From the IMG/VR virus record IMGVR_UViG_3300030104_006883, positions 1-64,000 of that record: DNA of 64,000 nucleotides; one strand, 5' to 3'. The position numbers and the translations under genes are program-made. Positions 1 to 8,438 of this stretch are shown here, in pieces. Under the pieces are notes generated by a model. It was not told the DNA's origin, did not search any database, and worked only from the letters and a program-made list of their open reading frames with translations. This DNA is from a virus. Each line of letters opens with the position of its first letter. Position 1 is the first letter of the stretch.

Positions 1-1
1 C

Positions 2-76
2 GGTGGCGACCGCAAGAATCCCGGCCCAACACTGGAAAGAAACAGTATGCTGGAGTTTGTCAATGAAAGTCGGTGA
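2..76 (+). CDS. 3' end of a KOW/SH3-like array gene (partial, runs off left edge)
   Basis: Frame 2 open from the edge, ends ...LEFVNESR* across the junction repeat. Confidence 0.7.
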   Translation, partial: GGDRKNPGPTLERNSMLEFVNESR

Positions 77-233
77 TTTGGTAAGGCATACAAGAAACGG
101 AGAGCCATTCGGGGAAATCCTAGTGGTAACGGCACAGAAGCTCAGTGAGACAAAAAATGAGTTTGTCAAGCTTTCTGGCGGGAACCCGTGGCTACCAGCG
201 ATATGCATGACAGTTATCAGTGCAGCAGAATAA
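63..233 (+). CDS. KOW/SH3-like mini-protein, array member
   Basis: MKVGDLVRH...MTVISAAE*; GGAG SD inside the upstream gene. Confidence 0.8.
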   Translation: MKVGDLVRHTRNGEPFGEILVVTAQKLSETKNEFVKLSGGNPWLPAICMTVISAAE

Positions 234-273
234 ATCTTTACTTTTATTCTTTCTTGATTATAATGAGGGCATG

Positions 274-450
274 ATGAAAGTCGGTGATTTAGTAAAGTTT
301 ACAGTGTCGCAGTATCTAGGTACTATTATCTGTGTCGATGAGGCTCGATGCGGGATTTTCGTGCATGGCGAGGCTCCGTTTAAAAACCCTACCTGGATGA
401 GCATGGATATGCTCAAAAGAAACGCGGAGGCTATCAATGAAAGTCGGTGA
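274..450 (+). CDS. KOW/SH3-like mini-protein, array member
   Basis: MKVGDLVKF...AINESR*; follows promoter 237-264. Confidence 0.8.
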   Translation: MKVGDLVKFTVSQYLGTIICVDEARCGIFVHGEAPFKNPTWMSMDMLKRNAEAINESR

Positions 451-613
451 TTTGGTAAGATATAAAAGTGAGACACTAGGTTCCAACCCGGCTGTTTTGG
501 TGGTCGCTGTTCAACCGGGCATCGAAACCATGGTTGTCACTGTCAATCCTAACAGCGGCTTTCGTGCAGCCCGATTTGCGAATCAACTGGAGATTGTCAG
601 TGAAAGTCGGTGA
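437..613 (+). CDS. KOW/SH3-like mini-protein, array member (58 aa, below ORF-track cutoff)
   Basis: Hand translation MKVGDLVRYKSETLG...QLEIVSESR*. Confidence 0.8.
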   Translation: MKVGDLVRYKSETLGSNPAVLVVAVQPGIETMVVTVNPNSGFRAARFANQLEIVSESR

Positions 614-764
614 TTTTGTTACGATAAAGGGCAGAGAGGAATATGGAGCCGGTAAAATTATCAGGTTCTATGCTAATCAAGGTACCATTTTGGTTCAATT
701 TATTAAAAGAGAAGCGGTAGTATACTGCGACTATTCGGTATTGGAGAGTCATGAAAGTCGGTGA
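600..764 (+). CDS. KOW/SH3-like mini-protein, array member
   Basis: GTG start, KVGDFVTIK...LESHESR*. Confidence 0.8.
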   Translation: MKVGDFVTIKGREEYGAGKIIRFYANQGTILVQFIKREAVVYCDYSVLESHESR

Positions 765-921
765 TTTGGTAAGAGCGTCCCATTGGGATGAAAGTCACAC
801 TGCTGTCGTCATCAGTACAAAGCGCCTGGAGACTGGAATTGTTACAGTCTTGGGCTCTTTTGGCTGGGAACTTGACCAAGTAGCACGCGATTTGGAAATT
901 ATTAATAGCGCAGTGAAATAA
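751..921 (+). CDS. KOW/SH3-like mini-protein, array member (56 aa, not in track)
   Basis: Hand translation MKVGDLVRASHW...DLEIINSAVK*. Confidence 0.8.
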   Translation: MKVGDLVRASHWDESHTAVVISTKRLETGIVTVLGSFGWELDQVARDLEIINSAVK

Positions 922-971
922 AACTTTACTCTCTCTCTTGTGAGATTATAATCTAGCCATAGGAGGCAGCG

Positions 972-1193
972 ATGAAAGTGGGTGACATGGTTAGGCTTCT
1001 GGACGACCCAGAGGTTCGCAGGGATAACGCAGATATCCCCCCTGATGCTCTCGGCATCGTGGTTCAAGAGTCCTTGACTGCTTGTTTCCAGATGGGTGGA
1101 GCACTGCCGTCGATGTGGGTCCAGTGGCCCGGTCGCGACGATACAGACTCAATGTTTGTCGAAGACCTGGAGATTATCAGTGAAAGTCGGTGA
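972..1193 (+). CDS. KOW/SH3-like mini-protein, array member
   Basis: GGAGG SD, MKVGDMVRL...LEIISESR*. Confidence 0.8.
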   Translation: MKVGDMVRLLDDPEVRRDNADIPPDALGIVVQESLTACFQMGGALPSMWVQWPGRDDTDSMFVEDLEIISESR

Positions 1194-1350
1194 TTTGGTC
1201 AGATATAATGCAGGCGGCGAAAATTACAAGCTTTTGGCTATTGTAGCCAAACTTAATACGCCTGGAGGCACGGTGAGAGCTATCGATGCCAAAGGTAAGT
1301 TGCACTGGCTCGTCAGTTCTTGCTGCGAGGTCGTCAGTGAAAGTCGGTGA
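1180..1350 (+). CDS. KOW/SH3-like mini-protein, array member
   Basis: GTG start, KVGDLVRYN...CEVVSESR*. Confidence 0.8.
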   Translation: MKVGDLVRYNAGGENYKLLAIVAKLNTPGGTVRAIDAKGKLHWLVSSCCEVVSESR

Positions 1351-1504
1351 CTTGGTAAAGTGCGTCTCTGCTAATGGAGTTATCGGGCTGGTAGTAGAAC
1401 TTCGACGCGGCGCAACAACTCCGATGGTTTTCGATGTGCTCATTGGCAACAAATCATATCCCTTTTTGCCTCATCAGGTGGAGCCTATCAGTGAAAGTCG
1501 GTGA
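1337..1504 (+). CDS. KOW/SH3-like mini-protein, array member
   Basis: GTG start, KVGDLVKCV...VEPISESR*. Confidence 0.8.
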   Translation: MKVGDLVKCVSANGVIGLVVELRRGATTPMVFDVLIGNKSYPFLPHQVEPISESR

Positions 1505-1721
1505 TTTGGTAAAATATATTGGCTCAGATGCTATGTATCGCGACCGCATTGGCGTTGTCGCAAAGCTCTACGGGGCCATTGACGAGCGAATTGACTCTGC
1601 GCTGGTTCACTTCGCTGAACTCAAAGGCAAGGGCCGCGACGGGTTTCGGTTCGAGGACAACAACAACGGACTGCATCCGATGGCGCTCTTTGAAATTAAA
1701 ACTTTGACTTCTGAATCCTAG
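1491..1721 (+). CDS. KOW/SH3-like mini-protein, last array member
   Basis: GTG start, KVGDLVKYIG...EIKTLTSES*. Confidence 0.8.
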   Translation: MKVGDLVKYIGSDAMYRDRIGVVAKLYGAIDERIDSALVHFAELKGKGRDGFRFEDNNNGLHPMALFEIKTLTSES

Positions 1722-1750
1722 AGATTATAATGTGTGTGCAGGAGGCGACG

Positions 1751-2023
1751 ATGAGCCCAAGAGAAAGATGGGAAAAAAACTATAGGCAGGAGTTGTGGCA
1801 CACTTATGGTCCCGATTACAAAATCCCAAAGAAGGGAGACTTGATTGAGTTCAGGACTAACTTTTACACCAGCGACTCTGCTTTCGACCATGCTGTCGTA
1901 ACGGACGTGCACTTACCTACGGTATACTTCATCCTTCCAGACAAGGGGCCGATGTCCACCGGAGTGGCGTCTGTCCGTGTGATTAGTCGGCCTCCTCCGG
2001 GGCCAGAAGTTAACTATCGTTAA
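1751..2023 (+). CDS. Hypothetical protein with internal KOW-like KKGDLIEF motif
   Basis: GGAGG SD, own promoter, track ORF trimmed to ATG 1751. Confidence 0.7.
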   Translation: MSPRERWEKNYRQELWHTYGPDYKIPKKGDLIEFRTNFYTSDSAFDHAVVTDVHLPTVYFILPDKGPMSTGVASVRVISRPPPGPEVNYR

Positions 2024-2120
2024 AAAGTTTCTTTACTTTCCCAGAAGTGGGATTACTATTTATGTGTAAGCGGGGACATCGAGCCCCATCAGCCATTCAA
2101 TTTCATCAGGAGAATATAAC

Positions 2121-3191
2121 GTGGCTATTGATTTCAAAACTTTTGTAAATGTTGCTCCCCATGTCTGCGCTGTCCGCAAGCCCATTTTGCTTCGCGGTCG
2201 ACACGGTATCGGCAAGTCCGAGATTGTGTATCAGGTTGCGGAGGACATGGATATTCCGGTGGTTGAGCGCCGAGCCTCTCAGATGACTGAGGGTGATTTG
2301 CTCGGACTCCCGTCCACCGATGGTAACATCACTTCTTGGAATCCGCCGGACTGGCTGTCCACTGCATGTCGCGAGCCCGTTGTCCTGTTTCTGGATGAGG
2401 TCGACCGCGCCACCCCAGAGGTGCGACAGGGTATCTTCGAGCTTACTGACTCCCGCAAGATTGCGGGTCAAACGCTTCATGAGGACACTCTTATCTTTGC
2501 TGCTGTCAACGGTGGCGAGCATGGGGCACAGTATCAGGTTGGCGAGATGGACCCGGCAGAACTTGACCGCTACACAGTGTTCGATGTTGAGCCTACTGTC
2601 GAGGACTGGCTCGATTGGGCGAACAACAACGTTTCGACCCCTGTCTGGGACTTTATCAACCAAAATCGGTCGCACTTGGAGCATGTTGGAGAGTACGAGC
2701 CCAACAAGGTATACCCGTCGCGACGCTCGTGGAAACGACTCAACGACTGCCTTGAGCAAGGAGAGTTCTTGACCGATGTCAAGGAGGCTTCTGGCGGTGC
2801 TCTGTTCCATCTTGCTAGTGCTTTCGTAGGCTTCGAGGCTGCGGTTGCTCTCAACGACTTTTGCGCCAAGTATGACGCCCAAGTCACCATCGAGGACGTG
2901 ATTGACAACGGCGAGATTGAGAAGACCGAGAACTTTGGTATCAACGACCACTGTGCCCTCATTGACAAGATTGAGGCAGCAGAGATTCTCTCGGAGCCTC
3001 TCAACGAGAGCCAGATTCAGAACCTCGCAGACTACTTCGTGACTCTGCCGAGCGAGGCTTCCATGAAGCTTTGGACAGTCCTGGGTCGCGGTGACAACGC
3101 CAACGTGATTGCCTTGCACAAGTCAGAGGCCAAGGACGGCACCCGTGTCGCTCAGCGACTCGTCACGATGCTGACTGGTGATAATAGCTAA
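2121..3191 (+). CDS. MoxR-family AAA+ ATPase
   Basis: Walker A GRHGIGKS, Walker B LFLDEVDR, MDPAELDR sensor/arginine region, YPSRRSW. Confidence 0.9.
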   Translation: MAIDFKTFVNVAPHVCAVRKPILLRGRHGIGKSEIVYQVAEDMDIPVVERRASQMTEGDLLGLPSTDGNITSWNPPDWLSTACREPVVLFLDEVDRATPEVRQGIFELTDSRKIAGQTLHEDTLIFAAVNGGEHGAQYQVGEMDPAELDRYTVFDVEPTVEDWLDWANNNVSTPVWDFINQNRSHLEHVGEYEPNKVYPSRRSWKRLNDCLEQGEFLTDVKEASGGALFHLASAFVGFEAAVALNDFCAKYDAQVTIEDVIDNGEIEKTENFGINDHCALIDKIEAAEILSEPLNESQIQNLADYFVTLPSEASMKLWTVLGRGDNANVIALHKSEAKDGTRVAQRLVTMLTGDNS

Positions 3192-3204
3192 ATAAAACTT
3201 GACA

Positions 3205-3315
3205 GGCTGGGGTACCGTAATTATAAATAACCTGTTCAATGCCACTACGAACGGTATCGTTGACGGTGGATAGCAAGGTTGGGCAATGCGAGCAAACCCA
3301 ACCCCCAGCCGCTTT
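3205..3315 (+). ncRNA. Candidate structured RNA or palindromic element
   Basis: GGCTGGGG (3205) pairs with CCCCAGCC (3303); internal GGTTGGG/CCCAACC and AACG/CGTT hairpins; no SD-led ORF. Confidence 0.35.
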
Positions 3316-3366
3316 TAATTTTACTTTCTCGAATCTGTGACTACAATGTAAGCACAGGAGGCAGAT

Positions 3367-4575
3367 ATGTCAGACTTCAACTTGAATGACCATGTTCACA
3401 GGCTGCTGATGCGAGAGACTTTTCTCGCTGCGCTCTCTCGTCGCGTTGACAAGCGGGCGAACAGTTCAGTGCCTACAGCGGGTGTCAGGGTCAATCCAGA
3501 TACCGCGCACTTCGAGCTTGTCTACAATCCGTCCTTCTTCGAGGGGTTGACGGATGAGCAGCGCACGGGTGTCCTCATGCACGAGTTCTATCACCTTGTG
3601 TTCGAGCATGTGACCGGAAGACTTCCAGACGAGATTGCGGGCGTCATGAAGAATCAGAACGCTAGCAAGGAAGAGAAGCAGTTGTTCCGATTGTGGAATG
3701 TCGCGGCAGACCTGTCTATCAATTGTTTGATTGGCAAGGATAGCCTGCCAGATAACTGCTGTATCCCTGGTGGCGAGAAGTTTGAAGATATGCCCGCTAA
3801 CAAGACGGCAGAATGGTACTTCGACAAGCTAAAAGAGAAGCGCGAGCAGCAGAAAGAAAACGGTGAGGGGGACTCTGACCCCTACGAGGGCAGTCAATTC
3901 GACGACCACGGTGGTTGGGGTGAGGTGGATGAGACTACGGCAGAAATGGCTAAGGAGCGCTTGAAGGAGGCCATCAAGGGCGCGGCCAACGAGGCTGCCG
4001 AGGCAAACTCCTGGGGCAGTGTTAGCCAAGAACTGCGCCGTCAAATTCTTGAGCGAATCAGTGCCAAGGTTGACTGGCGCAAGGTTCTGCGCTACTTCGT
4101 TCGCACGTCTCAACGAGCAGACAAACGCTCGACTGTGCGACGAATCAACAAACGATTCCCGTACATCCATCCAGGCAAGAAGGTCCGACGAAACGCCAAT
4201 ATCGCGGTATCGATTGACCAGTCTGGCTCTGTGAGCGACGACATGCTTGCAGCTTTCTTCAATGAATTGAATAAGTTGGCAGACATCGCTACCTTTACTG
4301 TGATTCCATTTGACACCAGGGTCGCGGAAGACAAGGTGTACACATGGAAACGTGGCGAGACTCGCGCATGGGAGCGAGTGCTAACGGGAGGCACAGACTT
4401 CAATCCACCGACAGACTACGTAAACGCGCGTAACTTCGATGGACATATCGTCTTGACCGACATGTGTGCCCCCAAGCCTAAGCCTAGCAAGTGCCAGCGT
4501 ATGTGGATGACTACCAAGAATTACGCGAGTAATCCGTACTTCAGTACGACAGAGCGCGTGATTGCAGTAGATTAA
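3367..4575 (+). CDS. Metallopeptidase-like (HEFYH) plus vWA domain protein, partner of the MoxR ATPase (DUF2201-like)
   Basis: HExxH, WNVAADLSIN, MIDAS DQSGS, GGTDF. Confidence 0.85.
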   Translation: MSDFNLNDHVHRLLMRETFLAALSRRVDKRANSSVPTAGVRVNPDTAHFELVYNPSFFEGLTDEQRTGVLMHEFYHLVFEHVTGRLPDEIAGVMKNQNASKEEKQLFRLWNVAADLSINCLIGKDSLPDNCCIPGGEKFEDMPANKTAEWYFDKLKEKREQQKENGEGDSDPYEGSQFDDHGGWGEVDETTAEMAKERLKEAIKGAANEAAEANSWGSVSQELRRQILERISAKVDWRKVLRYFVRTSQRADKRSTVRRINKRFPYIHPGKKVRRNANIAVSIDQSGSVSDDMLAAFFNELNKLADIATFTVIPFDTRVAEDKVYTWKRGETRAWERVLTGGTDFNPPTDYVNARNFDGHIVLTDMCAPKPKPSKCQRMWMTTKNYASNPYFSTTERVIAVD

Positions 4576-4623
4576 AGTTTGACCTTTCGCTCAATGTGGT
4601 TATAATGTTTACAGGAGGAAGCA

Positions 4624-4794
4624 ATGAGCATTGAAGATATCTATCTCGATGAGGGATGTGAGATTGAAGAGATTGACATTGACCCTGATTACTATATGGG
4701 GTACGAGGATTACGATGAGGATGTCGCGACCTTCCAAGACCAGGATATGCATGACTTCTCTTATTATGATTCTCTGAGTGTTTCGGAGTATTAA
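4624..4794 (+). CDS. Very acidic 56-aa protein
   Basis: Own promoter, GGAGG SD; 20 D/E, 8 Y, no K/R. Confidence 0.75.
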   Translation: MSIEDIYLDEGCEIEEIDIDPDYYMGYEDYDEDVATFQDQDMHDFSYYDSLSVSEY

Positions 4795-4931
4795 TGAAAA
4801 AGATTATTGTCATAATCGGACTACTCTACGTCGGATATACATACGGCGACCAGATTAGCAGTATCGGGTCTGAGATGGTTGACCACGCGAAACCGGCGTG
4901 GGAGCAGCTTCAAGAGTTTTTGGAAAAATAA
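4794..4931 (+). CDS. Small protein with N-terminal hydrophobic anchor
   Basis: TAATG coupling; MKKIIVIIGLLYVGYTYG... Confidence 0.6.
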   Translation: MKKIIVIIGLLYVGYTYGDQISSIGSEMVDHAKPAWEQLQEFLEK

Positions 4932-4979
4932 CTTTACTTGTTTAGCTCGGTGGCTATAACTTAGTCACAGGAGGCGACA

Positions 4980-5564
4980 TTGAATCACAAGACAATACTA
5001 CAGACGCTAAAGCGAGAGTCTCTCACTGACTGGGAGCGACGGTTTTGTGAGTCATTATCCTCTGCCTTGGACAAGTACGGTAGCCTGACCGAAAAGCAGA
5101 CCGAGACTGTCCAGAAGCTACAAAGTAAGTATTGTCCAGAGGCGAAGATAGCTCGTGAGAATTGGAAAAATAACTTTACTTCTGAAATGCGCGAGACTAT
5201 GATACTCGTGGCGAAGTACTACAGACAGAACCCGCCCTGGTATTCTGACCTTGCTATGAAAGTCGTTTCGGACCCAGAGTTTGTTCCGACTGAAAAGCAG
5301 TATAATGCCATGTGCTTGAACAAGTACGCCCAGAGAGTGCTGGAGAATTGGAGAAGTCAGCACATCTATGAGCCGGGTGTTCTCGTTGTTACACGCAAGG
5401 GTGCTGACCTTCACAATTTGTTTGGTGAGCGCCCATTGGTGGTTCTTAAACAGCTACCCAAGACTCTCACCCCCACCAGAGGTCAGAACAGTTACGAGGT
5501 TCTGCCTGCCGGGAAGGATGAAAAGTTTATTCTCTCTGAGAAAGAAATTAAAAAGCTCAGGTAA
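4980..5564 (+). CDS. Hypothetical protein
   Basis: Promoter, GGAGG SD, TTG start, 194 aa. Confidence 0.7.
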   Translation: MNHKTILQTLKRESLTDWERRFCESLSSALDKYGSLTEKQTETVQKLQSKYCPEAKIARENWKNNFTSEMRETMILVAKYYRQNPPWYSDLAMKVVSDPEFVPTEKQYNAMCLNKYAQRVLENWRSQHIYEPGVLVVTRKGADLHNLFGERPLVVLKQLPKTLTPTRGQNSYEVLPAGKDEKFILSEKEIKKLR

Positions 5565-5612
5565 AACTTTACTTGATACAACTCGTGATTATAATGAGTG
5601 CAGGAGGATGAG

Positions 5613-5786
5613 ATGAATAACCTACTTGAAATTGCATACGCACTTAGCGTCGCTACAACGCAGGCAATCACGTCTTTCGCCCAAGTTAGAGCGCAACAGG
5701 ATGCGGTTAAGAATCTGAGCGACACTGAAATTCAAAAGCTTGTTGGCAAATCATCTACGAAGTCACCCATCGGATTTAATTGTTGA
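5613..5786 (+). CDS. Hypothetical protein
   Basis: Promoter 5568, GGAGG SD. Confidence 0.6.
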   Translation: MNNLLEIAYALSVATTQAITSFAQVRAQQDAVKNLSDTEIQKLVGKSSTKSPIGFNC

Positions 5787-5950
5787 AAGTGACCGAGTAT
5801 GTTGTCCAGGTGCGAAGCGAATATAATCAGAACACCGAGTACGTGTTCTATTCGCGAGAGTCGGCTTATCGCAAGATGCGACAGCTTTTGAGTGACGGCC
5901 AATGCGCTTGGATTGAGACACGCTTCGTGACCGATGACATCCCGTTCTAA
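5783..5950 (+). CDS. 55-aa protein ending in TDDIPF (SSB C-terminal tail-like)
   Basis: TTGA overlap with upstream stop; hand translation. Confidence 0.6.
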   Translation: MKVTEYVVQVRSEYNQNTEYVFYSRESAYRKMRQLLSDGQCAWIETRFVTDDIPF

Positions 5951-6105
5951 AAACGTGTCCGAAAAAATTTTCCCTTTTTCTTTACTTTCCAAGGAGTGTG
6001 ACTATAATGTTCGTGAGCAGACAAAGACAGTTGCTCGAAGGCATTTGGTTTTCATTTATGATGGTTGGCCTCCTCTTTGGGATGGCCTGTCTTTAGGAGA
6101 CAGTT

Positions 6106-6426
6106 ATGAGTTGGGTGATTGAGTGTCCAGAGGGACTCAGCAAGACGGGACAACGAGCCGCTGTTATCATGAACGACTTCATGAAGAAATATAATCTTCA
6201 GACGGGCGGTTGCCAGACCTTGTATCACCCAGAAGAGTGGAAGGGCCGAGGCGAGAAGTATGGCACCGAATCAGAGCTTGTAATCGTGTACGACGGTGGC
6301 GACCTCTACGATATCATGGATGGCTACCTGTACAACCTTCAGGACGAGCTTATTCAAGCCTTCGATGCTATCGGCGTTTACTTCGAGCCCTGCACCCATT
6401 GGTATTGCGCGGTCTACAAGGGTTAA
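6106..6426 (+). CDS. Hypothetical protein
   Basis: GGAG SD, 106 aa. Confidence 0.7.
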   Translation: MSWVIECPEGLSKTGQRAAVIMNDFMKKYNLQTGGCQTLYHPEEWKGRGEKYGTESELVIVYDGGDLYDIMDGYLYNLQDELIQAFDAIGVYFEPCTHWYCAVYKG

Positions 6427-6474
6427 AAGTTTGACTATGCGAGGAATGTGGTTATAACTTAATCACAGGAGGCG

Positions 6475-6624
6475 ATGATGCTTGACCACGCATACAAACA
6501 GCTTGACCTTGAAGAGAAGCGCCAGTGGGAAGAGTTCGAGGGCAAGCGCCGCGAACACGAAGAGCGCGAGAATAACAAAAAAAACATTGACAATGATAGT
6601 CATGTGGTTATCATTGAGTTGTAA
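6475..6624 (+). CDS. Small charged hypothetical protein
   Basis: Promoter 6431, GGAGG SD; MMLDHAYKQLDLEEKRQW... Confidence 0.55.
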   Translation: MMLDHAYKQLDLEEKRQWEEFEGKRREHEERENNKKNIDNDSHVVIIEL

Positions 6625-6634
6625 GGAGGTGAGC

Positions 6635-6982
6635 ATGAAACGGGTTTATGCCGTCACATCGCGAAACCAGGATGGTACCGAGCAGAATGAGCTAGGCATC
6701 TATTCAAGTTTCAAGAAGGCACACTCCGTGGCCAGAGCTTGCATGCTCTACGTGAGCGGAACCACCGACTATGCCTATCAGCAGGTCCAGTTCGATGACC
6801 ACCGTGGCGATGCATGTTGGGTTGGAAAGTTTCCAGACGAACCCTACAATTACATCTCCGTTGAGGTTCGCGCGCTCGATGAAGACCCAGACTTCGCCGT
6901 CAGGCACGAAGAGACGGGTGAGACGCTCCTCGTCTACTCCGCTAACCCTTACATCACGAAGGTCTACGACCTCACGCGATAA
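6635..6982 (+). CDS. Hypothetical protein
   Basis: AAGGAGGT SD before MKRVYAV. Confidence 0.7.
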   Translation: MKRVYAVTSRNQDGTEQNELGIYSSFKKAHSVARACMLYVSGTTDYAYQQVQFDDHRGDACWVGKFPDEPYNYISVEVRALDEDPDFAVRHEETGETLLVYSANPYITKVYDLTR

Positions 6983-7052
6983 AAACTCATCCGAAAAAAT
7001 TTTCTTTACTTCCTAACCAATGTACTTATAATGGGTGCACATGGAGGTTGTT

Positions 7053-7331
7053 ATGCAGAGAGGACAGGGAACAAGAATTGCTTTTGGTGCTTTGAGCGTG
7101 GCTAAAGATAGCGACCCTCGGCTCTTCATGAAGCGCGTTGTGTTCGTCGATAATGTCAACGTTGGACACTACGACATCTACAAGCCCTACATGGAAGGGG
7201 CAGCTTGGGAGGTTTACCTTTGGTCAGACCGTTTCGAGTTTGCGCGATTCCGTACCACCCTGTTTGACGCAGACAATTGTGCGCGGGACAAGTTCACGCG
7301 ATACTTCCTCGGAGATAATTCCGAGAGCTAA
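7053..7331 (+). CDS. Hypothetical protein
   Basis: GGAGGT SD, own promoter. Confidence 0.65.
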   Translation: MQRGQGTRIAFGALSVAKDSDPRLFMKRVVFVDNVNVGHYDIYKPYMEGAAWEVYLWSDRFEFARFRTTLFDADNCARDKFTRYFLGDNSES

Positions 7332-7389
7332 GAAATAAAACTTTACTCTAAACCTAATGTGACTATAATGGTTACATAAGGAGGAAGAT

Positions 7390-7578
7390 ATGAAAGGCAG
7401 GCCCAAGAAGGGTGACTTGGTTGAGGCTCACTCAGGAAACTTGACCAAGGTCGGAGTGGTCGTTGACAGTATCTTCTCGTGGGCGACCATGGATGACTCG
7501 TTCATTGTCCAGTTGAATGATGGTGCAAGGCGAATCCATGTGCCACGCGACCAGTTGTCGGTGATAAGCGACAAATAA
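7390..7578 (+). CDS. KOW/SH3-like mini-protein (solo copy)
   Basis: KKGDLVEAH...GVVV...LSVISD; own promoter. Confidence 0.7.
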   Translation: MKGRPKKGDLVEAHSGNLTKVGVVVDSIFSWATMDDSFIVQLNDGARRIHVPRDQLSVISDK

Positions 7579-7631
7579 AAACTTTACTCTATTACCAGTG
7601 TGGTTATAATGACTACACAAGGAGACAAGCT

Positions 7632-7817
7632 ATGAAAGAGACTGTCATTATGGAGGCCGCTAAGACGGTGGCTACGATTGAGGACAAGGGCCAGCGATTC
7701 GATGTTGCTATCGCCTTTGTGAAGACGGGTGTCTTGGATGGTCTACCTACCGAGCGAGCACTTCAATGGTGGTGCAGGGCCATGGGTCATACGACGCTCA
7801 AAACGTTGGCGATTTAA
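7632..7817 (+). CDS. Hypothetical protein
   Basis: Own promoter, AAGGAG SD. Confidence 0.65.
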   Translation: MKETVIMEAAKTVATIEDKGQRFDVAIAFVKTGVLDGLPTERALQWWCRAMGHTTLKTLAI

Positions 7818-7875
7818 GAAATAAAACTTTACTCCAACAGTAGTGTGATTATAATAGTCACATAAGGGGGAAGCT

Positions 7876-8070
7876 ATGAAGATTGGCGACTTGGTTCAGA
7901 CCCGAATGGGTACAAAGGGAATCATTGTTGGCGTGAGGCGAGGTGCTCCCCAGCCAGATGAATGTGACTACGATGAGTTCGAGGTTTACTGGTCTGCTGA
8001 TGGTGTTTCTTTTTGGTACGACCCTGATGACTTTGGCCATCGTGGTGAGCTTGTGGTGACTTCACCTTAG
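7876..8070 (+). CDS. KOW/SH3-like mini-protein (solo copy)
   Basis: MKIGDLVQT...GIIV...VYW...LVVTS; own promoter. Confidence 0.75.
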   Translation: MKIGDLVQTRMGTKGIIVGVRRGAPQPDECDYDEFEVYWSADGVSFWYDPDDFGHRGELVVTSP

Positions 8071-8287
8071 CAAAAAAAAACTTTGACATTACATGAGTAG
8101 TGTTTATAATGTATGTGTAGCCAAGTGGGGAAGCTTGGCAGGAAACATGTTGTTTCTGAGAGAGGCTTAGGGTAGGAAAATAAAAAAGTGGTAAGAAGTG
8201 GGTGAGTACTTGATACCCCCGCTATCTCTTGTCAAGGCTTTTTTTGCTACCCAAGTAACCGTAAACCTGCAATATATAGGAGGGTAT

Positions 8288-8350
8288 ATGTTTGCACTAG
8301 GATGTGTTACCATGGTTATGGTGTCGCTCCGTGTTTTGTTCCTTCACTAG
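8288..8350 (+). CDS. 20-aa hydrophobic peptide
   Basis: GGAGG SD; MFALGCVTMVMVSLRVLFLH*. Confidence 0.35.
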   Translation: MFALGCVTMVMVSLRVLFLH

Positions 8351-8438
8351 AGAAAAAAAGGGACAATGACAATAAAAAAAGATTGACTTCTAGACACAGT
8401 GCGCCTATAATGGGTACATACAATAAAGGAGGTGCTTC

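Larger units (their letters stand above)
63..1510 (+). repeat. Dispersed gene-junction repeat RTGAAAGTCGGTGAYTTNGT
   Basis: Copies begin at 63, 274, 437, 600, 751, 1180, 1337 and 1491; variant ATGAAAGTGGGTGAC at 972. Confidence 0.95.

Noticed and set aside
63-1510. Junction repeats read as a CRISPR array
   Set aside because: Intervals are about 150-430 nt, irregular and fully protein-coding; the repeat is short and non-palindromic; no cas operon in the window
1-1721. Classical integron (attC) or DGR
   Set aside because: No attC-type inverted boxes, integrase, reverse transcriptase or adenine-specific TR/VR pair visible; enzymes outside the window cannot be excluded
2106-3119. Long minus-strand ORFs (also 9435-10568, 18408-19041, 40358-41290 and many others)
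   Set aside because: Antisense shadows of well-supported plus-strand genes, with no motifs or SD
8205-8250. Minus-strand promoter (TTGACA near 8237)
   Set aside because: No acceptable -10 at 16-17 bp spacing
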